Shown here: piece by piece, positions 15,924-24,000 of the stretch
How positions within the stretch are numbered: position 1 is the first letter of the stretch
Layout of the letters: every line of letters starts with the position of its first letter
Source: Acetobacterium woodii DSM 1030
GTDB lineage: Bacteria > Bacillota > Clostridia > Eubacteriales > Eubacteriaceae
Reading direction: 5' to 3'
DNA: 24,000 nucleotides
Assembly (NCBI RefSeq): GCF_000247605.1
Contig: NC_016894.1
Location: 1,515,732-1,539,731 of the forward strand
The notes under the pieces: generated by a model
The model's input: only the letters and a program-made list of their open reading frames with translations
Database searches by the model: none
Told to the model about the DNA's origin: nothing
Position numbers and translations under genes: made by a program

Positions 15924-16751
15924 TTGAAAGAACGTTTAGATAAACTATTAGTCAGCCTGAATTATTTTGATACCCGCGAACGCGCTAAAAAAGCAATTAT
16001 GGCAGGTCTCATCCAGGTTAATGGCCAGGTTAAGGATAAAGCCGGCGATCTGGTCGATCCCGCCGCGATCATTCTAATTAAAGGCAGTGATATGCCTTAT
16101 GTCAGCAGAGGTGGCTTAAAATTGGAAAAGGGCCTGGCTGTTTTTGAGATGCCGGTTGCTGGTAAAGTGATTATTGATATTGGCTCTTCAACTGGCGGTT
16201 TTACCGATTGTCTCTTGCAAAATGGGGCCGAAAAGGTTTATTCAGTGGATGTTGGTTATGGACAATTGGATTGGAAATTACGCAATGATCCACGCGTTGT
16301 TTCAATGGAACGGACCAATTTTCGTTATCTGACGACTGAGCATATTGCGGAGCCCGTTGATGCTACAGTGATGGATGTATCGTTTATTTCGATCACTAAA
16401 CTGATCCCGGCCATTAAACGGTTTATGAAACCCGGATCTAACGGGATCTGGTTAATTAAACCGCAGTTTGAGGCGGGGCGTGACCGGATTGGAAAAAATG
16501 GCGTGATTCGTGATAAAAAAATCCATGAAACGATTTTACATGAAGTGCTGATGGCGATTGAAAGCCAGAATATTACGATCAAAGGTTTAGATTATTCGCC
16601 GATCCAAGGCCCCAAAGGTAACATTGAATTTTTAGTTTTTATTGAAAATACCGAGCCGAAAGCAGCAGAAAATTGGTCGGCACTGATCCATTCGGTTGTG
16701 ACGATCGCCCATGAAAACTGCACAAAAAAGAAAGCACCGCTTGACGAATAG
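15924..16751 (+). CDS. tlyA: TlyA-family rRNA 2'-O-methyltransferase (S4 domain plus FtsJ-like MTase)
   Basis: TTG start with AGGAG upstream. ERLDKLLV S4-like N-terminus and DIGSSTGGFTD SAM motif. Confidence 0.9.
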   Translation: MKERLDKLLVSLNYFDTRERAKKAIMAGLIQVNGQVKDKAGDLVDPAAIILIKGSDMPYVSRGGLKLEKGLAVFEMPVAGKVIIDIGSSTGGFTDCLLQNGAEKVYSVDVGYGQLDWKLRNDPRVVSMERTNFRYLTTEHIAEPVDATVMDVSFISITKLIPAIKRFMKPGSNGIWLIKPQFEAGRDRIGKNGVIRDKKIHETILHEVLMAIESQNITIKGLDYSPIQGPKGNIEFLVFIENTEPKAAENWSALIHSVVTIAHENCTKKKAPLDE

Positions 16752-16764
16752 GATGTGAACAGCA

Positions 16765-17637
16765 TTGGAAACAGAATTAAAAAAGTTTAATGAAATTGGC
16801 ATTTATTTGAATATGGATAAGCCGGATAGTCAGGTTCTGGCCGAAAAGTGTATGGACTACCTGATTGCTCATGGCTTTAAAGTGGCTCTTTTAGAGGGGC
16901 AAATACGTTCTTCTCATAATCAGGTTAATTACTATTCCAAAACGCTTTTTTATCGAAAACCGGATTGTATTCTGGTGCTTGGCGGGGACGGAACACTGTT
17001 ATTTGTAGCTCGAAAAGTTTGTTTTTATGCCATTCCGATTTTTGGCATAAACCTCGGCAAACTGGGCTTTTTAACCGAAGGCGAAGCGGCTAATTACGAA
17101 GAAACGCTCAGTAATTTAAGCTCCGGAAACGCCTATATTGAAAAACGGATGATGTTGAGCTGCAGCATTAAAAAGCGCAACGAAAGTGCCTGTTTTTATG
17201 TTGCCTTAAACGATGTGCTGATTAAAAGTCGCGGTTTTCGCATGATGGATATCGAGGCTAAAGCCAATGGTTCAACGATTGATAAGTTTCGCGCTGATGG
17301 TTTAATTATAGCAACACCGACAGGTTCAACCGGTTATTCACTAGCCGCCGGCGGGCCAGTGGTTTCACCGGCAGCTAATGTGATGATTCTCAACCCGATT
17401 TGTCCCCATCGTCTTCATGACCGCTCGTATATTCTGCCCGAAGACGAAGTAATTAATCTGGAGTTTGGCGATCGGGAAAAAGACATCATGGTGACCTTCG
17501 ACGGGCAAACAACGGTCTCAATCACCCCGGAAGATACGGTCAAAATAAAAAAAGCCAGTTATTGCACCCGGCTGATCCGACTCAACAATATGAGTAGTTA
17601 TGATCGCTTAAGAGTAAAGCTTTCCTGTGAATATTAG
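16765..17637 (+). CDS. nadK: NAD kinase
   Basis: GGDGT motif (VLGGDGTLL) and ATPTGSTGYSLAAGGP motif. TTG start keeps the conserved IGIYLN first strand. An alternative ATG at 16813 is possible. Confidence 0.9.
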   Translation: METELKKFNEIGIYLNMDKPDSQVLAEKCMDYLIAHGFKVALLEGQIRSSHNQVNYYSKTLFYRKPDCILVLGGDGTLLFVARKVCFYAIPIFGINLGKLGFLTEGEAANYEETLSNLSSGNAYIEKRMMLSCSIKKRNESACFYVALNDVLIKSRGFRMMDIEAKANGSTIDKFRADGLIIATPTGSTGYSLAAGGPVVSPAANVMILNPICPHRLHDRSYILPEDEVINLEFGDREKDIMVTFDGQTTVSITPEDTVKIKKASYCTRLIRLNNMSSYDRLRVKLSCEY

Positions 17638-17667
17638 GAACGGGGCGCTATCAAAGGAGGGGAAAAA

Positions 17668-18117
17668 ATGAAAGTATCCAGACAACTAAAAATTATTGAA
17701 ATCATCGAAAATAACTTTATTGAAACCCAGGAAGAACTTGCTCAGGCCTTAAAAGATTCAGGTTTTGCAGTGACGCAAGCGACGATTTCCCGGGATATTA
17801 AAGAGTTAAAATTGATTAAGGTCAGTAACCATGATGGCATTCAACATTATGCACCGCTTAAAGACATCGGCACTATTTATAATGAACGCGTTACGGCAGT
17901 GTTTAAGGAGTCCGTCTTAACGATTGATTATGTCGAAAATACGGTTGTTTTGAGAACCCTTCCGGCGATGGCTCAAGCGGCGGCCCTGGCGATTGATTCG
18001 ATGGACTGGTGTGAAATTGTCGGAACAATTGCTGGTGACGATACTATTTTTGTCCTCGTCCGTAATCGCGACATGGTTGGTGAAGTCGTGGGCAAATTCA
18101 AGAAGTTAATGAAATAG
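17668..18117 (+). CDS. argR: Arginine repressor
   Basis: Winged-helix N-terminus (TQEELAQALKDSGFAVTQATISRDIKEL) and C-terminal GTIAGDDTI arginine-binding motif. Confidence 0.95.
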   Translation: MKVSRQLKIIEIIENNFIETQEELAQALKDSGFAVTQATISRDIKELKLIKVSNHDGIQHYAPLKDIGTIYNERVTAVFKESVLTIDYVENTVVLRTLPAMAQAAALAIDSMDWCEIVGTIAGDDTIFVLVRNRDMVGEVVGKFKKLMK

Positions 18118-18127
18118 GGAGGGCTCT

Positions 18128-19867
18128 ATGCTGAGAAATCTCATTGTTAATGATTATGCTTTGATTGACCATTTAGCGGTGGATTTTGACCCCGGACTTA
18201 ATGTGATTACCGGGGAAACCGGAGCCGGAAAGTCGATTGTGATCGATGCTTTAACGCTGGTGCTGGGAAATCGCGGGAATAAAACAAATATTCGTCAGGG
18301 TAAAAATAAAATGACGGTCCAAGGACTCTTTGAAGTGGGAGAACAAACCCGCCTGATTGGGAAATGCCAGGAATTTGGCATCCCCATGGACGATGGTCAA
18401 TTAATTCTGATTCGCGAAATGGATGACCACGGCCGTAATATTTGTCGTGCCAATGGTTTAATTATAACGGTGGCCCAATTAAAAACAATTGGCGATGAAC
18501 TCATCGATATTCATGGTCAACATGAGCATCAATCGTTGTTTAAACGGGAAAATCATCGACAGTTAGTTGATGCTTTCGGGGGCGAAAAAAGTCGTAAATA
18601 CCTGGAACAGACGGCTACTTATGCGGCTGAAATCAAGCGCATCAAAGCACAGATTGATGAACTGGAAATAAATGAACGGGAATTGGAACGGGAAAAAGAA
18701 ACCCTGCAGTTCGAAATTCGTGAAATTGAAGCGGCAGCGTTGATTGTTGGCGAAGATGTGGAACTGGAAGAAGAAAAACGTATTTTAGAAAACAGAGAGC
18801 GGCTGTATTTTAATGTCAGTCGGGCCCATGAATTGCTAAGTGGCGAAAATGCCATCCAGAATCCGTTAATTGATACCATCGGAATATTGCTTGAAACAAT
18901 TGCCGAAATTGCTAAAATTGACAGTAATTTTGAGGCGAAACTCGAAAGTGTCAATGGCTTGTTTAGTGAAGCGGAAAGTCTTTCATTTGAATTGCGTTCT
19001 TATCTCGAAGATATGGAATATAACTTGGGTGATCAGGATGAAATTGAAACCAGACTGGCGTTGATCGCTAAACTAAAACGAAAGTATGGTCATGATATTA
19101 CGGAGATTCTTAATTATGCCGATGAAATAGGCCTGCGCTTGAAAAATCTATTAAATCGCGACGAAAGGTTGCAATCCAGTTATCAAGAATTAAGCGGCAT
19201 TCAAGATAAATATTATAAAATTAGTGATAACCTTTATAAATTGCGTTTAAAAACCGCCGGAGCCCTTAAAAAAGCTTTGGAAAAAGAATTAGGTGAGTTA
19301 GCGATGGAAAAGGTTCAAGTTGAAATCTCAGTTGAACATGACCCGAAACGGATTGCTGCCGCGGGACAAGATACCGTTGAGTTTTTAATTTCGGTTAATC
19401 CCGGGCAACAGCCAAAACCGCTGGGAAAAGTTGCTTCCGGTGGGGAAATATCAAGAATTATGCTGAGTTTAAAGAGTATTTTAGGGGGCTTGGATGGTAT
19501 TGAAACGATGGTTTTTGACGAAATCGATACCGGTATTAGTGGCCGAACCGCTCAGGTCGTGGCAGAAAAGATCCAGGCGCTCAGCGTGACCCCGCCAACG
19601 GGCCGACAAATTATCTGTATTACGCATCTGCCACAAATTGCTGCGATGGCAGATCAACATTATATGGTTGAAAAACGATCAATTAACGATACCGTCGAGG
19701 TTCGTTTTGTGCCACTGGACGAAAAGGGTAAAAAAGAGGAACTTTCACGGATGCTTGGCGGTGCTCAAGTTACGCAAAAAACCTTTGAACATGCTCAGGA
19801 AATGCTGGAACTAAGCCAAAACATAAAAAAATCAAAAAAAATTAAAGAGAGCAAAATATTATCTTAA
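18128..19867 (+). CDS. recN: DNA repair protein RecN (SMC-like)
   Basis: Walker A GETGAGKS, long coiled-coil centre, signature SGGEISR, Walker B MVFDEIDTG. Confidence 0.96.
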   Translation: MLRNLIVNDYALIDHLAVDFDPGLNVITGETGAGKSIVIDALTLVLGNRGNKTNIRQGKNKMTVQGLFEVGEQTRLIGKCQEFGIPMDDGQLILIREMDDHGRNICRANGLIITVAQLKTIGDELIDIHGQHEHQSLFKRENHRQLVDAFGGEKSRKYLEQTATYAAEIKRIKAQIDELEINERELEREKETLQFEIREIEAAALIVGEDVELEEEKRILENRERLYFNVSRAHELLSGENAIQNPLIDTIGILLETIAEIAKIDSNFEAKLESVNGLFSEAESLSFELRSYLEDMEYNLGDQDEIETRLALIAKLKRKYGHDITEILNYADEIGLRLKNLLNRDERLQSSYQELSGIQDKYYKISDNLYKLRLKTAGALKKALEKELGELAMEKVQVEISVEHDPKRIAAAGQDTVEFLISVNPGQQPKPLGKVASGGEISRIMLSLKSILGGLDGIETMVFDEIDTGISGRTAQVVAEKIQALSVTPPTGRQIICITHLPQIAAMADQHYMVEKRSINDTVEVRFVPLDEKGKKEELSRMLGGAQVTQKTFEHAQEMLELSQNIKKSKKIKESKILS

Positions 19868-19931
19868 CATTTCACGTGTTATTGGATAAAATAAAGATTG
19901 TTAAAAATATATTTATTTAAGGAGCTATAAA

Positions 19932-20501
19932 TTGGAAAGAACAGTACCAATAGGATTATCAAACAAGCACATTCATGTTTCACAGGCAGATTTAGAGGCG
20001 TTATTTGGCAAAGGTTACCAGTTAACACCAATGAAAGATTTATCTCAACCGGGACAATACGCAGCTGAAGAAAAAGTAGATATTGTCGGACCGAAAGGAA
20101 CTTTAAAAGGCGTTCGTATTTTAGGACCTGTTCGACCGGAAACACAATTGGAAGTTTCAATTGGTGACGGCTTTTGTTTAGGGATAAAAGCACCGCTTAG
20201 AAACTCAGGCGATATTGCCGGAACTCCAGGGGTAAAAATTATCGGACCAGCGGGAGAAATCGAAATTAAAGAAGGCGCAATTGTTGCGGCTCGTCATATT
20301 CATATGAGCACTGAAGAAGGCGCTGCTTACGGCTTAAAAGATAAGGACGTTGTTTGCGTTAAAATGGATGGCCCACGAGGTTTGACATTTGACAATGTAT
20401 TAGTTCGAGTCAGCCCGAATTTTAAACTGGATATGCATCTTGACGTTGAAGAAGGAAATGCTGCTGGGGCTAAAAACGGTCAAATCGCTACCATTCTGTA
20501 A
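19932..20501 (+). CDS. pduL: Phosphate propanoyl/acyl-transferase PduL
   Basis: TTG start with AAGGAG 8 nt upstream. Duplicated PduL repeats: SNKHIHVSQADLEALFG and AARHIHMSTEEGAAYG. There is no N-terminal extension before the first repeat. Confidence 0.88.
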   Translation: MERTVPIGLSNKHIHVSQADLEALFGKGYQLTPMKDLSQPGQYAAEEKVDIVGPKGTLKGVRILGPVRPETQLEVSIGDGFCLGIKAPLRNSGDIAGTPGVKIIGPAGEIEIKEGAIVAARHIHMSTEEGAAYGLKDKDVVCVKMDGPRGLTFDNVLVRVSPNFKLDMHLDVEEGNAAGAKNGQIATIL

Positions 20502-20503
20502 TA

Positions 20504-21292
20504 ATGATTGCACCTAACCCAATCGCATTTACCGCATTCGGTTTTGAAATAAGATGGTATGGGGTTTTAATTGCTTCAGCGCTTGTAATTGGACTATTGA
20601 TTGCGATCAGACGAGCACCTAAATATGGGCTTGATCCCGACTTCATTTTGGATTTCTTTTTGTATATGACGCCCGCGGTGATTATTGGAGCCCGGCTTTA
20701 TTATGTCTTATTCAGTTCTGATTTAGACGACTACCTGGCGCATCCGGCCGAAATTCTGGCCACCTGGCATGGCGGTCTGGCGATTCATGGTGGCATCATA
20801 GCCGGTGTAACAGTAGCACTCATTTTGTGTAAGGTTAAAAAGATCAGTTTTTTTGCTTTGGCCGATGTGATCATTCCGGGGTTGCCATTAGGACAAGCTA
20901 TTGGGCGATGGGGAAATTTTTTCAATCAGGAGGCTCATGGAGTCCAAACCGATTTACCATGGGCGATCACGGTAAATGACGCAACATTAGGGTTAATAAA
21001 AGTTCATCCGACTTTTTTATATGAATCAATTTGGGATTTTCTGATTTTTGGTTTTCTCTTTTTCTATGAGGATAAAATTAAAAAGGTTGATGGCGAGTTG
21101 TTGTTTGTCTATCTGGGGTTATACTCCATCGGGCGCTTTTTTATCGAAGGATTAAGAACCGATAGTCTGATGTTTATGGGACTGCGGGTAGCACAACTTC
21201 TTAGTTTGGCATTAGTGGCGGTTGGCGTTGGTGGCGTTTGGTATTTGCGTAAAAATAGTGTTCGTTTTAATAATTCATTAATTAAAAACTAA
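20504..21292 (+). CDS. lgt: Prolipoprotein diacylglyceryl transferase
   Basis: Polytopic membrane protein with IRWYGVLIA, GGLAIHGG and GRWGNFFNQE signatures. It starts 2 nt after the pduL stop. Confidence 0.95.
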   Translation: MIAPNPIAFTAFGFEIRWYGVLIASALVIGLLIAIRRAPKYGLDPDFILDFFLYMTPAVIIGARLYYVLFSSDLDDYLAHPAEILATWHGGLAIHGGIIAGVTVALILCKVKKISFFALADVIIPGLPLGQAIGRWGNFFNQEAHGVQTDLPWAITVNDATLGLIKVHPTFLYESIWDFLIFGFLFFYEDKIKKVDGELLFVYLGLYSIGRFFIEGLRTDSLMFMGLRVAQLLSLALVAVGVGGVWYLRKNSVRFNNSLIKN

Positions 21293-21324
21293 CACGATCA
21301 TTTTAAAAATGATCGTATAAAAAG

Positions 21325-21358
21325 AGACTGTCATTGATTTATGGCAGTCTTTTTTTTA
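21325..21358. terminator. Intrinsic terminator after lgt, possibly shared with convergent comM
   Basis: agactgtcat / atggcagtct 10-bp stem (one G-U pair), loop tgattt, T8 on the + strand. An A-rich run on the 5' side gives a weaker U-tract on the - strand. Confidence 0.75.
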
Positions 21359-21432
21359 TTCCCAGGATAATTTTATAAAAAAAGCTGTTTTGAGATACCT
21401 GGTGATGGTTTTTATTTTGATCTGTTATTCAA

Positions 21433-22959
21433 TTAAAACTGCTTAGTCATGCCACGATATTGAATCGCTTCCGATAAATGTGTGACAGAAATTGTGTCAG
21501 CGTCATCCAAATCGGCAATCGTTCGGGCCAGTTTTAAAATGCGATGGTAACCCCGGGCACTTAGTTTCATTTTGGTGTAGACTTTTTCCATCAGATTTTT
21601 TTCAGCCGCACCAAGTTGGCAAAAAATTTCCAATAGTTTAGGTGTAAGTTGGGCATTATAAAAAATATCCAGATCCTGATAACGTTTGTTTTGCCGTTCG
21701 CGGGCGGCATCAACCCGTTTTTTGATGGTTTGAGAGCTTTCGCCCTTTGGTTTGATCTGTAATTCGTCATAGCTAATGCTAGGAATTTCAATAAAGATAT
21801 CCAGCCGGTCCATTAGCGGGCCGGAGATTTTCCCCTGATAGTTTTTAATTTGCTGGGGGGTGCAAAGACATTCGTGGACAGGGTCAGTAAGATATCCACA
21901 AGGACAGGGATTCATTGAAGTAATTAAGGTAAAACTGGCCGGAAAGGTCAGGGAAGCATTAACCCGGGAAATTGTGACTTCCTGATCCTCCATTGGTTGG
22001 CGCAGTACTTCCAGTGCCGATTTTTGAAATTCAGGTAACTCATCAAGAAAAAGAACCCCTAAATGAGCCAGGGAAACTTCACCGGGTTTAGGAATCCGGC
22101 CGCCGCCAACTAATGACGTTTTAGAAATAGTATGATGAGGCGAACGAAAAGGTCGTTGATTCATGATGGCATTATTTTTTAACAGTCCGGAAATGCTGTG
22201 TATTTTAGTAATTTCAAGCGCTTCATCAATGGTTAGATCCGGCAGGATGGAAGAAAAACCTTTTGCCAACATCGTTTTACCGGAACCGGGTGGGCCGCTC
22301 ATCAGGACATTATGGCTACCGGCAGCGGCGATTTCAAGGGCGCGTTTGGCCAGATCCTGGCCACGAATATCAGAAAAATCAATGGCATGACTGCTTTTTT
22401 CAAGTGTCAGGATCGAACGGAGATCGACTTTAAAGGGTTCAATAATTAATTCGTTTTTTAAAAAAGCGGTTGCTTCATTAAAATCTTTGAGGGGGATAAC
22501 ATCAACATCCTGTACAACGGCCGCTTCATAGCGGTTGTCAAAGGGCACTAAAATATGTTTAATACCGGCTTCTTTTGCCGCCAGCACCATTGGCAATACG
22601 CCGTTGACACTACGGATCTCGCCGCTTAGCGATAATTCGCCAATAATCAGATAATCTTCGGGATGATCCCAGTTAAGCTGCTCTGAAGCGTTTAAAATAC
22701 CCAGTGCAATGGCCAGATCAAAAGCCGGGCCTTCCTTTTTTAGATCAGCCGGAGCAAGATTAATGGTGATCCGTTCCATCGGATATTTATAGCCATTATT
22801 TTTGATCGCGGAAAAAACACGATCCTTCGATTCCTTGATTCCGATGTCGGGCAGACCAACCAGTGAATATGTCGGCAAACCTCGGGAAATGTCAATTTCC
22901 ACAGTAATAATAACGCCGTTTACTCCCAATAACCCGCAACTTTTTAACTGTGATAACAT
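21433..22959 (-). CDS. comM: YifB/ComM-family Mg-chelatase-like AAA+ ATPase
   Basis: 508 aa. N-terminal Lon-protease-like domain, Walker A GPPGSGKT, Walker B LFLDELPEF, C-terminal ChlI-like region. RBS GGAGG on the - strand (22966-22975). Confidence 0.93.
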   Translation of the reverse strand: MLSQLKSCGLLGVNGVIITVEIDISRGLPTYSLVGLPDIGIKESKDRVFSAIKNNGYKYPMERITINLAPADLKKEGPAFDLAIALGILNASEQLNWDHPEDYLIIGELSLSGEIRSVNGVLPMVLAAKEAGIKHILVPFDNRYEAAVVQDVDVIPLKDFNEATAFLKNELIIEPFKVDLRSILTLEKSSHAIDFSDIRGQDLAKRALEIAAAGSHNVLMSGPPGSGKTMLAKGFSSILPDLTIDEALEITKIHSISGLLKNNAIMNQRPFRSPHHTISKTSLVGGGRIPKPGEVSLAHLGVLFLDELPEFQKSALEVLRQPMEDQEVTISRVNASLTFPASFTLITSMNPCPCGYLTDPVHECLCTPQQIKNYQGKISGPLMDRLDIFIEIPSISYDELQIKPKGESSQTIKKRVDAARERQNKRYQDLDIFYNAQLTPKLLEIFCQLGAAEKNLMEKVYTKMKLSARGYHRILKLARTIADLDDADTISVTHLSEAIQYRGMTKQF

Positions 22960-23300
22960 ATAAAGTTTACCTCCATTTTATTAAATGTATTATACAAGAA
23001 ATAAAGCTAAAAATATAGAGAAAATATTTAACTGATTTTCATAAAAAACAAGATTTTTTGGCTTTTGTTTACGGGTGAAAACTTAAAAACTATCGCTAAA
23101 ACTTAACATATGTCAATTTGTTCAATAATAATTGCAAATTGATAATTTAAATAGAAAATAAAACGCTTGACTATTGCTATTATTGAGTACGGGGAGTATA
23201 ATAAACAAAAATAATTAAAACACAAAACGTAAAAACGCAAAAAATACGAAAATAATCAAAACGATCGGCAGCAGTGCCAAAAACCGAGAGGGGATAATCG

Positions 23301-24000
23301 ATGCCTGATACGACAGATCAATTTGAAGATGAGTTTGAAATAGATTTGCTTAAGCTGATAAAAGCACTTTGGCATAAAGCCTGGTTAATTGTATTATTTG
23401 CTTTGTTAGGTGGCGGCTTGGTATTCATTTATACTTATTTCTATGTTGAACCACTTTATAAGTCAAGTGCTCAAATGTACGTTAATAATAGTTCTCTTTC
23501 TTTAGATTCCGCAGCCCTCAGTATCACAAGTGGTGATATTTCAGCCTCCAAAAGTCTCGTCCAAACATATATTGTCATTCTCAAATCCCGACAGGTGCTT
23601 GAAGAAATTATCAGAAAGGCCCAATTGGATTTAACCTATGAAGAGTTAAGTGCCATGATATCAGCCGGATCGGTTAGTTCAACGGAAGTTTTTGAAATTG
23701 TCGTGACCGATACCGATCCCTATCGCGCCGAAAAAATTGCCAATACCATTGCTGGCGTATTGCCTGAAAAAATCAGCAGTATTGTTGAAGGAAGCTCTGT
23801 CCGAATTGTTGACTACGCGGTAATTCCCGCGGCGAAAAGCAGCCCCAGTTTGATTAAAAATTCTTTAATAGGAGCTTTAGTTGGTGCTCTTATCTGTGCC
23901 GGTGTGATTATTGTCTTAGTCTTAAAGGACACCATCATCAGAGATTACGATTACCTGAATACCAGCTATGAAGACATCCCGTTACTGGCCATCGTCCCGG
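23301..24000 (+). CDS. Wzz/CpsC-type polysaccharide chain-length determinant (tyrosine-kinase modulator), 3'-truncated by the window edge
   Basis: ATG with GAGAGGGG 7 nt upstream, and the frame stays open to base 24000 (absent from the track because it has no stop). N-terminal IDLLKLIKALWHKAW followed by a transmembrane helix, then a second transmembrane helix preceded by PAAKSSPSLIKNSLIGALVGAL (the proline/glycine-rich Wzz motif). Confidence 0.85.
   Translation, partial: MPDTTDQFEDEFEIDLLKLIKALWHKAWLIVLFALLGGGLVFIYTYFYVEPLYKSSAQMYVNNSSLSLDSAALSITSGDISASKSLVQTYIVILKSRQVLEEIIRKAQLDLTYEELSAMISAGSVSSTEVFEIVVTDTDPYRAEKIANTIAGVLPEKISSIVEGSSVRIVDYAVIPAAKSSPSLIKNSLIGALVGALICAGVIIVLVLKDTIIRDYDYLNTSYEDIPLLAIVP

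Noticed and set aside
21359-21432. A separate terminator for comM (ccagg...cctgg pairing)
   Set aside because: It has only 5 bp and a loop of about 30 nt with no U-tract. The lgt terminator acting bidirectionally is a simpler explanation.

Overview
This window looks like a core-chromosome segment of a low-GC Gram-positive genome, probably Clostridia/Eubacteriales-like (an inference from gene content and order). I call 27 protein-coding genes, 26 of them on the + strand. In order they are: radA (5'-truncated), ruvA, ruvB, queA, tgt, yajC, a SCIFF peptide plus its radical-SAM maturase (scfA/scfB), rho, rpmE, prmC, efp, an acidic zinc-ribbon protein, an Asp23-family protein, nusB, a TsaD/Kae1-like paralogue, xseA, xseB, ispA, tlyA, nadK, argR, recN, pduL, lgt, comM/yifB (- strand), and the 5' part of a Wzz/CpsC-type polysaccharide chain-length protein that runs off the window end. 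I saw no CRISPR array, rRNA, tRNA, transposase or integrase. Five items stand out. (1) The SCIFF/ranthipeptide RiPP cassette has a 48-codon TTG-start precursor that is missing from the ORF track and is separated from its maturase by a terminator-like hairpin. (2) Rho is 582 aa, with a low-complexity insert and an apparent tandem duplication of its OB/cold-shock-like RNA-binding module. Its promoter is overlapped by palindromes and its leader is strongly G-depleted. (3) A roughly 175-nt structured RNA candidate, 6S-like, sits between radA and ruvA with its own -10 element and terminator. (4) Two poorly characterised conserved proteins are wedged into the efp-nusB-xseA block. (5) At 22.96-23.3 kb there is a sharp change to an AT-rich region that leads into a polysaccharide locus. 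The SCIFF family is already described, so I do not claim a wholly new system. All homology statements come from motif recognition by eye and need database confirmation.
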